Assembly: GCA_021797775.1 (NCBI GenBank)
Contig: JAJZZC010000001.1
Span: 3,049 to 67,048, forward strand
Length of the DNA: 64,000 bases
Direction of reading: 5' to 3'
Source of the DNA: Bacillota bacterium
GTDB taxonomy: Bacteria > Bacillota > Sulfobacillia > RBS10-35 > JAJYVN01
The notes beneath the pieces are model-generated. The model saw only the letters and a program-made list of their open reading frames with translations. It did not search any database and was not told the DNA's origin. The stretch's first letter is position 1. Each line of letters begins with the position of its first letter. The position numbers were made by a program, and so were the translations under genes. Below are positions 10,312 to 20,984 of this stretch, one piece after another.

Positions 10312-11592
10312 TCAGCCCGCGCGGGAAGGGGCCGGGTCCACCGTCCAAATCGGCGTGTCTAGCGCCACCCGCCCCCCGTGCCCCTGCGCCTCGACCTCCA
10401 GGAAGGCGGCGCGGTAGACACCCGGCTGGGCCTCCCACTCCACGGTCCACGGGGGCCCGCCGGCCAGCGCCGGCCCGGGACTCCAGCGCGCCTCCCGGAA
10501 GTCCATGGTCGGCTGCGAGCTCGCCCACAGCCGCGGGGGCGACGCGCTGGCCGGTCCATCGACGCGCACGCGCACCCGATCCGCCTCTCGGCGCAACTCC
10601 CAGCGCAGCGGGGCCAGCCCGCCTGCCCCCTCGTCCCCGCCGAGCGACAGATCCCAGAGCGCGGAGAGGGCCCCGGCCATGCGCTCGGGTTGGCCGAGCC
10701 CGTGCCCCGCGTTGGGGATGTATGTGACGTAGGTGGGGGCCGGCAGCGCGTCATGGTAGAGCCCCAGCGCATCCACCGGCCAGTACGGGTCGTTCGTGCC
10801 GAGGATCAGCCACTTGGGCATCGTCAAGCGCGCGCGGTGGGCGAAGGGATCGACCATCGCCAGCAGGTGATCGCCCCCCGGCGCCTCTATGCGCTCCAGG
10901 AGGCCGCGATCGGTGTAATCCGCGATCTCCGGGCTGTAGCCCCCGTCGAACACGTCCCGCTGCCGCCGCAGTTGGGCCCGCATGTCCAGGTTGTCGTAGA
11001 CCATGGGCGCGATAGCGCGCACGCGGGGATCCGCCGCGCCCGCCAGGTAGGTGGTCCAGCCGCGCTTGGAGGCCCCCGCCACGACGAAGCCATCAACGCG
11101 CACGCGCGCCGCCAGAAAGGTCTGCAGCGCGTCCATGGCGCGGACCGCGGCGCGCGTCATCGGCAGCAGCAGCGGCCAGGAGGGATCGCCATCCTCCAGG
11201 AAGCGATCGAAGGTGTGGGCGATGAGCGCGTCCTCGCGGAGATCGCCGAAGAGCGGCTGGTTGGGCACGTCGGCAAGCACGGCCACAGGGGCGGCGATGC
11301 GTAAGGCCAGCGCCTCCAGCAACGCCAGCTCGCCAGCGTGGTCGCCGCTGCCGGTGACATAGAGGAAGCAGCGGCTGGAGGCACCGGCGCCCTCCGGCAG
11401 GATGCAATACAGGCGGTGGGTCCAGGGCAGCCCGCGCCACCGCTGGGATGTGAGGCGCAGCGTGTGGAGCACTGCGGACGACGCGCGCGCAGCGGGCAGT
11501 TCCTCCTCCCAACTCCAGTCGCCTCCGCCGTCGCGCACCAACGCGTCGAGATCGGCCGATCCCCTGTTCACGGCGCCGTCGGCACTGCTCAT
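10312..11592 (-). CDS. PhoPQ-activated pathogenicity-related (PqaA-like) alpha/beta hydrolase family protein
   Basis: LTSQRW, VPNQPL, REDALIAHTF, WPLLLPMTRAAVRAMD, GASKRGWT, PNAGH motifs; start ATG 11592 after GGGGAG. Confidence 0.9.
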   Translation of the reverse strand: MSSADGAVNRGSADLDALVRDGGGDWSWEEELPAARASSAVLHTLRLTSQRWRGLPWTHRLYCILPEGAGASSRCFLYVTGSGDHAGELALLEALALRIAAPVAVLADVPNQPLFGDLREDALIAHTFDRFLEDGDPSWPLLLPMTRAAVRAMDALQTFLAARVRVDGFVVAGASKRGWTTYLAGAADPRVRAIAPMVYDNLDMRAQLRRQRDVFDGGYSPEIADYTDRGLLERIEAPGGDHLLAMVDPFAHRARLTMPKWLILGTNDPYWPVDALGLYHDALPAPTYVTYIPNAGHGLGQPERMAGALSALWDLSLGGDEGAGGLAPLRWELRREADRVRVRVDGPASASPPRLWASSQPTMDFREARWSPGPALAGGPPWTVEWEAQPGVYRAAFLEVEAQGHGGRVALDTPIWTVDPAPSRAG

Positions 11593-12028
11593 GCTGCTCC
11601 CCCGCTGGCGTTGTCGTGCGGTCCCGCGCACGGGACAGCGGTGGCGCGTGCGACGCACCTGGAGCCCCGCGTCGGCGCCCCGGCCCTGGCGCCGACGCGC
11701 CCCCTGACACCCGCGCCCCGGCCGACCCCGTCCGGGGCGGCGGCGGTAGGCGCGGGCAGTCTCCGATGTTCGGCAGCGCTCTGGCCGGCGTGGCACCCGC
11801 CCCCAGCCACCCGCCTTCGTAGCGTTCGCACAGGGTGCGGCGGCCCCCTGCCCCGGCGGCCCGCATGATGGTGTCGTGCAGGGGGCCCTCCCCCGCGGAC
11901 CGCCGGGCGAGCAGCCCACTTGAAGGGACTCGAAGAGGGTGTCGATCCCCTCCTCCGCTTCGCCACCGTGCGCCCCCTCATGCCCCCCACCGCGCCCCGG
12001 CGGCGTGGGCGCGGCGCACACGCCGTGC

Positions 12029-14206
12029 TCACGCCGCTGCCCGTTCCCCCTCCCCTTCCCCGCGCCGGCGCCCGGCGGCCAGCCCGAAGGGCCACCAGGT
12101 CGAGCGGCCCAACAGCGCGACGGAGGTGGGAACGAGGCATGTGCGCACGATCCAGGTGTCGAGCAGGATGGCGACGGTCATGCCCAGGGCCATCGTGCGC
12201 ATGAGCTGCAGGGGCGAGAGCAGCATGGCGGCGAAGGCCACCACCATCAGGAGACCCGCCCCGGTGATCATCCCCCCGGTCTCCCCGAGGCCGCGCCGCG
12301 CCGCCTCACGGGCGCCCGCGCCCGCCGCGGCATGCTCACGGATGCGGTGGATCAGGATGACCTCATAGTCCATGGACAACCCGAACAGGATGACGAAGAT
12401 GAGCGGCGTGATGCTGGCGTCCAGCGGCAGCGCCTCAAACCCCAGACGGCCGTGCTGCACGAAGAAGACCAGCAGCCCCGCCGTGGAGAGGGCCACCAGC
12501 CCGTCGAAGACAACCGCCAACAGGGCCACCCAGAGCGAACCGCTTGCCGCGAACAGCACCACCAGGGCCACGGCGGCTACGGCCAGTACCATAGCCGGCA
12601 GCGTGCGCGCCACCAAGCGGTTGAATCCAGCTAAGAGCGCGATCGGCCCGCCCACGCCAGCCCGCCAGCCGGAGGGCAACGTCCGGATGATGGCCTGCAC
12701 CTGATGCAGCAGGGCGAGCGTCCGCGAGCTGTCGGGCGCATAGCGCGAGGTCACCGAGAGGACCACCAGGTTGGGAGCCGCCGTCGCCGCGGCCAGGGCG
12801 GCGGGCGGCCCGCCCGGCGCAGCGAAGGCCTGGGCCAGCGCCGCCGCGGGGAGGCCGGACCCGGCGGGCGAGGCCACGGCGGCGGCGGCGGGCAGCGCCT
12901 CGATGCGGTGCGTCACTGCGGCCGCCCCGCGCCACGTGGCCGGGTCGGTCAGCGGCGCCGGCGCTCGCAGCACTACCGGAAGAGGCGCGATCGAGTCGGG
13001 GCCGTAGTCCTTCTGCTGCTGTTCCACCGCGAGCCGGAGCACGTCGTGCGGCGCGAGCATGGTCGCTACATTCGCCGGGGTGCTGACGGAGATGCCGGGC
13101 GCCTCCAAGGCAGGGATGGCCAGGAGCGTCGCGCCCACAACCAGCACCGCCACGGGCCGGCGCGTCACAAAGGCGGACAGGGCCGGCCAAAAGCGGGCGG
13201 CCGCCCGCGGCCGCGGCAGCCTGCCGCGTTCGCTCTGCGTGCCCAGCATGGCAAGCAGTGCTGGCAGCAGCGTGAGCGTGGCGAGGAGCACGGCGAGCAC
13301 GGCGACGCAGCCGCCCAGCGCCAGCCCGCTCCAGTACGCGGTGCGCGGCAGGAGCAGCGCGAGCATGGAGGCGCCCACCGCGAGCGCCGAGAAGAACACG
13401 GACCGCCCGGCCGTGCGCATGGCCTCGGACAGCGCCGCGACCACGGCATCCCGACCGCCGCGCGCCGGCCCGGCGCCATCCCCCGCGGCCTGCCGGCGCA
13501 GCGCACCGCGGAAGCGCGCACTGAGGAAGAGCGAGTAGTCGATCCCCACGCCCAGGGCCAGGAAGCTGACGATATTGGTCAGGTACACCGAGAGCCGCAT
13601 ATACGGCTCCAGCAGGTCGATCGCGGCCAGCGCCACCGCCGCGCCAACCAGCGCCACGAGGAGCGGGAGGACCGCGGCGACCGCCGAGTCGTAGACGAAC
13701 AGGAGCAGCACGGCGAGGACCGGCACGGCCACGAGCCCGGCCACCCGCAGGGTCGCCGTCGCCGCCTGGAGCACGCCGTTGCCCGCCGTGCCGAGGTTAA
13801 CGCCCTGGGCGCGCACCCCGCGCAGGCCGGCCAAGCGCGCGCGCAACGCCATCACGGCCGCCGTCGCGCGCGGACCCGGCAGGGCGTCCACCACCACCGC
13901 GTCGGCATGGCCCGGCAGCGCGGACAGGTGCGCCGTCGCCAGGGGAGTCCCCGCCGTCGCGGCGGCCGCCGCCCAGATCGGCCGCACACCGCTCACCGAC
14001 AACCCCTGCACCAGGGTGCTCAGGCCCGGTTCCCCGCTGGACGGCAGGCGCCGCAACTGCGTGTCCGCCCACGCCGCGGCGCTGCGCGGATCCTCGAAAC
14101 CGGACCCCACCAAACCGTGGGTCACGTGCAAGGCCCGCGGCAACGCCAGGGCCAGCACCGCCAGCCACAGCGCGAGGACCAGGAAACGGTAGCGGTACCA
14201 GCCCAT
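12029..14206 (-). CDS. MMPL family transporter
   Basis: ALGVGIDYSLF, TAGRSVFFS, ILFGLSMDYEV, ITGAGLLM motifs; start MGWYRYRFL after GGGGAGG. Confidence 0.92.
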   Translation of the reverse strand: MGWYRYRFLVLALWLAVLALALPRALHVTHGLVGSGFEDPRSAAAWADTQLRRLPSSGEPGLSTLVQGLSVSGVRPIWAAAAATAGTPLATAHLSALPGHADAVVVDALPGPRATAAVMALRARLAGLRGVRAQGVNLGTAGNGVLQAATATLRVAGLVAVPVLAVLLLFVYDSAVAAVLPLLVALVGAAVALAAIDLLEPYMRLSVYLTNIVSFLALGVGIDYSLFLSARFRGALRRQAAGDGAGPARGGRDAVVAALSEAMRTAGRSVFFSALAVGASMLALLLPRTAYWSGLALGGCVAVLAVLLATLTLLPALLAMLGTQSERGRLPRPRAAARFWPALSAFVTRRPVAVLVVGATLLAIPALEAPGISVSTPANVATMLAPHDVLRLAVEQQQKDYGPDSIAPLPVVLRAPAPLTDPATWRGAAAVTHRIEALPAAAAVASPAGSGLPAAALAQAFAAPGGPPAALAAATAAPNLVVLSVTSRYAPDSSRTLALLHQVQAIIRTLPSGWRAGVGGPIALLAGFNRLVARTLPAMVLAVAAVALVVLFAASGSLWVALLAVVFDGLVALSTAGLLVFFVQHGRLGFEALPLDASITPLIFVILFGLSMDYEVILIHRIREHAAAGAGAREAARRGLGETGGMITGAGLLMVVAFAAMLLSPLQLMRTMALGMTVAILLDTWIVRTCLVPTSVALLGRSTWWPFGLAAGRRRGEGEGERAAA

Positions 14207-14722
14207 CGCCGCCTCCCCACGAGTCACACACCCACGGATCATAGCCGAGCCACGGGGAAGCCACCACGCCTCGTATGCGCGGGCAGCACACCAGCGGCAG
14301 CCGGCGGACCGGGGCGAGACGCGGGCCGACGGCCCAGTGGCCGGGCCATGTACCCGCGCGACGCGGGGAAGGCGACGGGACGCGGGGCGACGACGATGCG
14401 CCCTGACCGCCTGGGAAACGGGGCGGTGGGCCCGCCTGTGGTCGCTTGGCGCCACCCCGCGCGCGGACGGCAACCCGTTTGTGTCCGGCCCCACGGCAGA
14501 GGCAGGTTCATCCGTGCGGCGCGTGCGAACCGGCCAGGGGGGACCTGGGCCCAGGCCGTGCCTAGATGGACCCAGCGGCGAACGTGGCGCGCCCTAGCTG
14601 GAGCGGGCCGAGCGCGCCGCGGCGAACCAGACGGGAGGGCCCGGAGCGACCGGGCCCCCAGCCCACCGGCGGGCTTGCCGTTACCCACAAGCCCTGGGTC
14701 CACTACCCCTGCTGTCTATAAT

Positions 14723-14851
14723 CCTGAATCTCGCAGTGTCAGGCGGACGCCGCTAGCGCAGAAGGATCCCGCGACGGCAGCGGGTGAGGTCGTGGCGAGG
14801 GGCCGGCCCCTGGACACCAAGGCGACCGGCCGCCCCTTTGCGAAAGTCAGG
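14723..14851 (+). mobile_element. 129-bp MITE, copy 2
   Basis: CCTGAATCTCGCA...TGCGAAAGTCAGG with ATAAT direct repeats. Confidence 0.9.
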
Positions 14852-15520
14852 ATAATGGCTGCGGAGCGCAACATCTAGGGGCTTGACGCCACCATAGCAC
14901 TCGCGGGTCGAGGTGTGGGTAACGATGAGACCGGCGGGGCAAGCGGCGGGCCGCCATGGCCGCACCCCCATGGCCGAAGCGCCGGAGCGCGGGCAGAGGG
15001 CGAACCGGCGGCCAGCGTGTGCCGGTCGGCAGGGATTCGCATCCCCGGGTAGCTGCCACCAGCCAGCGGCGGCGCGCGCGGCCCTGCCAGGGTCAGGGCT
15101 CTGGGAGAAGGGTCGGAAAGCCGGCGGACGGCACGGGTTGCCGCGAGGGGTGGTAGGTCCTCGTCCCGGATGCCCCGGCGGGGGGAGGACGGGGAGGGAT
15201 CGGGTCCGGCATGTTCGACCACTCTCTTTGGAACGACGCCACCTCGCGGCACGGCGCAGGCAACCGGATGGCGGAAGCCGAACCCCCGACAGGCCGCGGA
15301 TGACTCCAGCGGCGGGGGCACGGCCAAGGCAACGGCAGCTGGCCTTGCCAAGGTCTTCTGTCCGGGTGGCAGCGTCGGCGACCGCCCTGGTCACTCACCG
15401 CGGACACGGCAGTCGCCACCCGCCGCGCCGGGGGCCAATCGCAGGCGGAAAGGGGCGAAAGCCTGGCCGGGCAGGGTGCACCGCCGCACGGGTGGTTGGT
15501 GCCGGTTGCTCCCACCAGGC

Positions 15521-16357
15521 ATGCGCATGGACGCCGCCGACACGCGCGCCGTCCCGCTCTGGCCCGACGGCGCCGTCCCGCTCGGGGCAGGCTCGGGTCC
15601 GGCCGACCGCCCCTCCGTCACGCCATACCTCGTCCGCGAGGGGGACGTGCGCTCCGCGGTGGTCGTCTGCCCAGGCGGTGGCTACGCCGGGCTGGCGGAC
15701 CACGAGGGGGAGCCGGTGGCGCGTTGGCTGAACGCGCGCGGCCTGCACGCCTTCGTGCTGCGCTACCGCGTCGCCCCCTACCGGCACCCGGCCCCGCTCT
15801 GGGATGCCCAGCGGGCGATCCGCACGGTCCGCCACCACTGCGGCCCATGGCGGGTCGACCCAGGCCGCGTGGGCATCCTCGGCTTTTCGGCGGGTGGCCA
15901 CCTCAGCGCGACCGCCGGGACCCACTTCGACCACGGTGATCCCGCGGCGGCCGACCCGGTGGACCGCCAGGGGTGCCGCCCGGACTTCCTGATCCTCTGC
16001 TACGCCGTGATCAGCTTTGTCGCACACACGCACCAGGGCTCCATGACGAACCTGCTGGGGGCAGAGCCGCCCGAGGACCTGCGGCGGGCCTTGTCCAATG
16101 AAGAGCAGGTGACGGCAGCCACGCCGCGCACCTTCCTCTGGCACACCGCGGACGACGCTGGGGTCCCTGTCGAGAATAGCCTGGGCTTCGCGGCGGCCCT
16201 GTCCCGCCACCGCGTTCCCTTCGACCTGCATGTGTATGCCCACGGCGCGCACGGCCTGGGGCTGGCCGCCAACGATCCCCACGTCGGCAACTGGACGGCG
16301 GTCTGCGCGGCGTGGTTGACGGCGCAGGGACTCGACGGGGCGCGAACCGGCCGCTGA
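15521..16357 (+). CDS. alpha/beta hydrolase (acetyl esterase type)
   Basis: CPGGGY, GFSAGGH nucleophile elbow, DDAGVP, HGAHGLGL. Confidence 0.9.
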   Translation: MRMDAADTRAVPLWPDGAVPLGAGSGPADRPSVTPYLVREGDVRSAVVVCPGGGYAGLADHEGEPVARWLNARGLHAFVLRYRVAPYRHPAPLWDAQRAIRTVRHHCGPWRVDPGRVGILGFSAGGHLSATAGTHFDHGDPAAADPVDRQGCRPDFLILCYAVISFVAHTHQGSMTNLLGAEPPEDLRRALSNEEQVTAATPRTFLWHTADDAGVPVENSLGFAAALSRHRVPFDLHVYAHGAHGLGLAANDPHVGNWTAVCAAWLTAQGLDGARTGR

Positions 16358-16492
16358 CCCGCCCGGCCCCGGCGAAGCGCACGCGCGTGGCCGCCCGCGC
16401 CGTCCTCCCCTGTCGAGCAGGGACGGACCCGTGGCGGAGCCGGGTGGCAGGCATGGGGATGCGCCCGGGCGGTCGAGCGGCGCAGGGGGGGC

Positions 16493-16839
16493 CATGGCCA
16501 TACGGAAGAGGTATTGGAGCAGCGGTATCGGGTGATGCTCCAAGCATACAACGCGCATCCCGAACGCTTTAGCAAGCAACCCGAGCGCCAGCGCCTTCCC
16601 GAGTGCGTCTGGATCAACAGGCCCACAAGTGCCTCGTCCTGACCCAACCACCCGGGCACGGGCCCCGTCCGCAGGGGGCTACGGTCTGGTGTCGCAGGAA
16701 TCCTGTCGGCAAGCACCCGCGCTGCCCCCGCGGCATCCCGGGACCTGGAGAGGATAATGCCCAGTACCTGGTAGACCGACCGGCGGGCAAGAGCGAGCGA
16801 ATAGTGTCGAAGGTGTCTCACGGCGCTTGACAGGTTCCG
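16493..16839 (+). mobile_element. IS3-family remnant: transposase C-terminus and probable right end
   Basis: 16493-16642 translates HGHTEEVLEQRYRVMLQAYNAHPERF...LPECVWINRP*, the typical AYxxHPERF...VWINxP tail. An end-like motif GTGTCTCA...CTTGACAGGTTCCG ends at 16839. Confidence 0.7.
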
Positions 16840-17093
16840 CCACGGGCGCCGGGGCCGCATCGTGGGCCGAACCTGTGCGCGGCAAGTGGTGGCAGGCGCG
16901 AGCGGACCGGCGTACCGCTCCGAAGTCACCCCCGCTCGTGGCATCGTCTGGGTGAAGGCCCCCCGCCCGAATGACGCGACCCTGCCGCGCGGGCACCTCT
17001 TGAAGGAACCTGCCCTGGGCCGTCGAAACACCTTGCTCGGTTATCGCGCCCACCCGGGCCGTAACCGATAAGAAGGAGGCAGGCGGAGAAGCG

Positions 17094-19295
17094 ATGGCCT
17101 TGACGGGGGACGAATCGCCAGGCTCCGGTCCGCGCCTGACGCGGCGGCGCGCGTTAGGCTATGGTGCGCTGGTCGCCGGGGCGGTCGCGGCAGGCGGAGG
17201 GTCGGTCTCCACGGTCGCCGCGGCCGCGCCCACGGGGACGAACCCGGTCACCGTGGTGTGGTTCAACATCAACTGGCAGACCAACTGGAATCAAGCCGCG
17301 GTGACCCTGGTGCAGGACTTCACCGACGCGAATTTCAACTCCAAGCACAAGGGAATCCGCGCGCAGCCGACGACGGGGCCCTGGGGCAACGCCTCGGGCG
17401 TCTACGCGCAAGTGCTGGCGGGTGACGCGGCCAGCACGCCCGCCGTCCTCAGCAGTTGTTGCGGGGACTTCGCCATCGCCCTGCCCATGCTGGAGAATCT
17501 CAGTCCATGGTTTAGCAAGGACAACATCAACCCGCAGACCATGTACTCGCCCGGCCAGCTCCTCACCTTCACGGAACCGACGGGTCTGTACGGCGTGCCG
17601 GCGTACACCTGCGTGCAGCCGCTCTTCTACAGCCAGACGCTGTTGGATGACCTGGGGCTGGCTTACCCCGATCCAGCGTGGGACTACACCGAGGCCACCC
17701 GTCTCTGGCGTTCCATCGCCGGCAAGGCGAGCAATGGCCAGTGGCGCTACGGCAGCAGCATGCAGTGGTACCAGACGTATTTCGACGGAGGGCTATGGCT
17801 ACTCAAGGGCTTTGGTGGGGAACTGATGGATCCGACCCGTACGCGCTGCCTGCTGGGAATGCCCGAATCCATCGCCGCAGCCAACTGGATTTATCCATTG
17901 ATCTGGGACAAGGTGCTGATCAACCGCGGCGGCGCGGCGAACTGGACCAGCGTTGGCGGTCCCCTGCTCGCCGGCACGTGCGGCTTTACGCAGACCGCGG
18001 GCTTTGGGTTGAGCCACATGGCGGCCTATGTCGGCAACAAGATCAAGTGGGACATCGTGCCCATGCCCTCGTGGCCCGTGCGGCGCGCCAGCAACGTGCA
18101 GGTGGACTACTTCGGCATGAACGCCGCATACCCGAACAAGGAGCTGGCGTGGGAACTGTTCAAGTTCCTCGCCGTCGACCAGGCCACTGAGGCCTTCGTC
18201 ATCAAGCTGTCACTGACCGAGCCCAAGCTGCTGTCCATGTGGGATCAGTGGGAGGCGATCGTCACCGCGGCCGCGCCGCCGCTGCGCGGCAAGCAGTTGA
18301 AGTGGTACGCCATCGGCGCGCAGCAGGGTTGGGGTTTCGGGCACCAGTTTTGGAAGTATGACGACTCCACGGTGGAGTCCGCCATGGGCACGATCTTGGG
18401 CCAGATCTGGAATCATCAGATGGACCCCGCGGAGGGGTACCCGCTCCTCGCCAAGCAGATCGACGCGATGCAGGCGGCGGGACAGAAGACGAACGCCGTG
18501 TTGGCGACGGAGGAGGCTGCCCAAGCCAAGGCCCTGGCCGCCGTCAAGGTCGGACCCACCACCCAGTACCCCGCCCCCTCGATGACGGGGGTGGGAGTGC
18601 CACCGACCGAGGCCAAGAACCTGGTCGTCGTGGGGCCCGGTGGCAGCTACACCCTCTTGGGTGACGGCTGGGACATGTGGTCGTCGTCCGACAACACCGT
18701 TTTCGCCTGCGCCCCGATGACCGCGACAGAGGGCGAATGGTCCTGCCGGGTCACGATGGTGACCAACCTCACCTGCCCGCACCTGAGCCAGTGGTCCAAG
18801 GTCGGCATCGGGGCGTTCGGCGACTTGTCCGACGACAGCCCCGCGGCCTATCCCCACGTGACGGGCGCTCACCAGATCGAGTGGCAGTACCGTATCGTCC
18901 CCGGCCTTACACCCAGCGGCGCATCGGGCCTCTTACCGACCGGGGTGAAGAATCTCATGGCTCTCAACACCAAGCCCGCAGCCAACTACCTCTTGGCACC
19001 CCTCTGGCTGAAGATCAGCCGCAAGGGACAGGAGTGGACCCCGTGGGCATCCATGAATGGCAAGACCTGGACACAGATCAATCCGCCGGCCGTGGTGCGC
19101 ATGGCGGGCTGCTGGGTCGGGATCTACGCGTGCGCCCACAATGGCAGTTTCGGGAACAAAGGGTACATCCGGGCCACCATCGACAACCTGAGTTTCACGC
19201 CGACACACTTCATGCAAATGGGTAATACCGGTACACCGCCAGCGGCGGGACCGGTACCCAAGAACTGGGCCACGATGACGCCCGCGGGAATGTGA
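17094..19295 (+). CDS. Tat-signal solute-binding protein fused to a ConA-like domain; paralogue 2
   Basis: LTRRRAL signal, GLYGVPAY, LAYPDPAWD, ELAWELFKF, APPLRGKQL; C-terminal GDGWDMWSSSDN...NYLLAPLW...GCWVG; AAGGAGG RBS. Confidence 0.9.
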   Translation: MALTGDESPGSGPRLTRRRALGYGALVAGAVAAGGGSVSTVAAAAPTGTNPVTVVWFNINWQTNWNQAAVTLVQDFTDANFNSKHKGIRAQPTTGPWGNASGVYAQVLAGDAASTPAVLSSCCGDFAIALPMLENLSPWFSKDNINPQTMYSPGQLLTFTEPTGLYGVPAYTCVQPLFYSQTLLDDLGLAYPDPAWDYTEATRLWRSIAGKASNGQWRYGSSMQWYQTYFDGGLWLLKGFGGELMDPTRTRCLLGMPESIAAANWIYPLIWDKVLINRGGAANWTSVGGPLLAGTCGFTQTAGFGLSHMAAYVGNKIKWDIVPMPSWPVRRASNVQVDYFGMNAAYPNKELAWELFKFLAVDQATEAFVIKLSLTEPKLLSMWDQWEAIVTAAAPPLRGKQLKWYAIGAQQGWGFGHQFWKYDDSTVESAMGTILGQIWNHQMDPAEGYPLLAKQIDAMQAAGQKTNAVLATEEAAQAKALAAVKVGPTTQYPAPSMTGVGVPPTEAKNLVVVGPGGSYTLLGDGWDMWSSSDNTVFACAPMTATEGEWSCRVTMVTNLTCPHLSQWSKVGIGAFGDLSDDSPAAYPHVTGAHQIEWQYRIVPGLTPSGASGLLPTGVKNLMALNTKPAANYLLAPLWLKISRKGQEWTPWASMNGKTWTQINPPAVVRMAGCWVGIYACAHNGSFGNKGYIRATIDNLSFTPTHFMQMGNTGTPPAAGPVPKNWATMTPAGM

Positions 19296-19317
19296 TGCGG
19301 TCGCGCGGGTGCTGAAG

Positions 19318-19357
19318 GGCGGGCGCGTGCCACTCATCCAGGTGGCACGCGCCCGCC
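19318..19357 (+). terminator. 16-bp perfect stem-loop downstream of paralogue 2
   Basis: GGCGGGCGCGTGCCAC-8 nt-GTGGCACGCGCCCGCC; no U-tract. Confidence 0.5.
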
Positions 19358-19417
19358 GCCCCCGAGTCTGCCGTTCCACCGAGGGCACCGCCGCGCAGAG
19401 GGACCCCCGAGACGGAT

Positions 19418-19467
19418 GCGGGTACCTTCTCGGGCAGCGGCCCTCGCTTGGCACTGGGAGATTCAGG
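19418..19467 (-). mobile_element. degenerate solo end of the MITE family
   Basis: GCGGGTACCTTCT...CACTGGGAGATTCAGG matches about 39 of 50 nt of the end of MITE copy 1 without gaps. Confidence 0.65.
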
Positions 19468-19514
19468 CGCCCGTGGGGTGACGGGGGCACTGACGGCCGT
19501 ACGCGCCGAATTCG

Positions 19515-19555
19515 GCCTGTGGCGCAAGCGACTCGCCCAGAACGACGCGGCCCTG
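19515..19555 (+). repeat. 41-bp direct repeat, copy 1
   Basis: GCCTGTGGCGCAAGCGACTCGCCCAGAACGACGCGGCCCTG; 36/41 identical to 20985-21025. Confidence 0.75.
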
Positions 19556-20055
19556 GGGCGCAGAGCGGGCAAGGGGTCGTCACGTATGTTGGCGCGCAAG
19601 AAGATGCTGGGAGGCGCTAACCAGCTGCAGGAGCCCGGCGTCCGAGACGCGCCCGCTGGGCGCGCGCAGCCCTTGCGCCGCGTGCAGGCTCGTCTAGGCT
19701 AGGTGCCACAGGCGGCGCCACCGGCGGTGCCCATGGGGCTCGTGCATCCTGGAGCGGATCGGGGGAGCTTGCGGCACTGCGGGCCTGCCCGTGGTTCGGG
19801 AGCAGCGGTTGACCCGGCACACTGCCGGCGGCGCGGCTTTGCCTGGCGGGCCGCCTCGGCCGCCCGTTCTGGTAGTCGCTTGGCTGCGCCCTGCCGCTGC
19901 CGGGAGGGGCGGCAGTCAACGGGCCGGGCGCAGCGGCCGGAGCGGCGGGGATCTACGGTTTCGCCGTCTGCACGAGGTAGGTCGCCGCAGCGGGGTGAAG
20001 CACCGCCGTCGCGAACCGGAGGGGGGCGGTCCGATCGGTGCGAGAGCCGGGCACG

Positions 20056-20472
20056 ATGGGGGCAACCGTCGAGGCGGTCGTCAGCCACTTGGAGCGGGCG
20101 GGGTGGGCGCGAGATGACGCGCGGCGGGGCCTCCGGGAACTCGGCTGGGAGGCGCTGTTGCCCGCGGTGGCGGGTGACCTGACCCCGGAGGCGGTGGCCG
20201 ACGACCTGCGGCGCCACACGCGGTGCCAGATCTGCGGGCACCCGCTGCACCAGGTCGTAGGGGACGTCGACCTGCGCATCGCAGGCGTGGGGCGCATGGC
20301 GCGCCACCTGCCGCACACGGCGGCGTGCAGTTGCGGCTACGCGCGGCCGCTCGTCCCGGAGGTGTGGGCGGCCGTGGTGGGAGCGTACTTCCGCCGGCAT
20401 CCGGAGGCGAACGAGGTCGACGTCGCGGCGCCGGGGTTTTGGACGGAAGCGGAGGGCGGCACGACGCGGTAG
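20056..20472 (+). CDS. small protein with a CxxC...CxC putative zinc ribbon (YgiT/MqsA-like)
   Basis: RCQICG...VGDVDLRI...LPHTAACSCG...LVPEV; GGAGGGGG upstream. Confidence 0.65.
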   Translation: MGATVEAVVSHLERAGWARDDARRGLRELGWEALLPAVAGDLTPEAVADDLRRHTRCQICGHPLHQVVGDVDLRIAGVGRMARHLPHTAACSCGYARPLVPEVWAAVVGAYFRRHPEANEVDVAAPGFWTEAEGGTTR

Positions 20473-20645
20473 GCTGGGGCCCACGGGACGGAAGACGGTG
20501 CACCACGCACCGGGAGGGATCCACTGTCGGGGTCGAGGACCTGCAGGGGACCGTGCCGGCGCTCGGTCCCAGCGGGTCGATCCGTGAGGAACGGTCTCCG
20601 CGGGCTTCGGTGGAGGGGGCGGGCGTGCCACCCGCCCCCTCCACC

Positions 20646-20963
20646 TCAGACCCGGCGCAGCTTGCTCACCCGCTCGTCCGCCACCCACTCCACGACATAC
20701 AGGTCGCCACGGCTGTCCACGCAGGCGGCGTGCGGTGCGATGAAGCGCCCCGGCTGGCGCTGACCGGCCGGGATGTTGGGCCAACCCGTGCGTTCCCATG
20801 CACCGGAGTCATCGCCCAAGTGGCAGACATGCCGGTCGTCGGCGTCGAGGATGGTCACCCGTGCGTGCAGTTCGGGGACGACCAACTCCTCCCCGAACTG
20901 GTATGAGCAGCAGGGCAGGCGCAGTTCGCTCTGGATAAAGCCCATGTGCCGCCCGTCCAGCGT
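20646..20963 (-). pseudogene. C-terminal fragment of an NHL-repeat beta-propeller protein
   Basis: LVVPELHARVTILD...PGRFIAPHAACVDSRGDLYVVEWV...VSKLRRV*. Protein-like sequence ends upstream near the 41-bp repeat. Confidence 0.7.
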
Positions 20964-20984
20964 GATCGGCCTGCGCCCGCAATC

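Noticed and set aside
12704-14878. Long ORF-track entries opposite or overlapping real genes (e.g. 12704-14878, 34689-36512, 51484-53916, 58304-60280, 60165-62045)
   Set aside because: Shadow ORFs caused by high GC and codon bias; Arg/Gly/Pro/His-rich with no family motifs.
14894-14920. TAGCACTC half-site resembling CIRCE
   Set aside because: The second arm GAGTGCTAA is missing and no chaperone gene is nearby.
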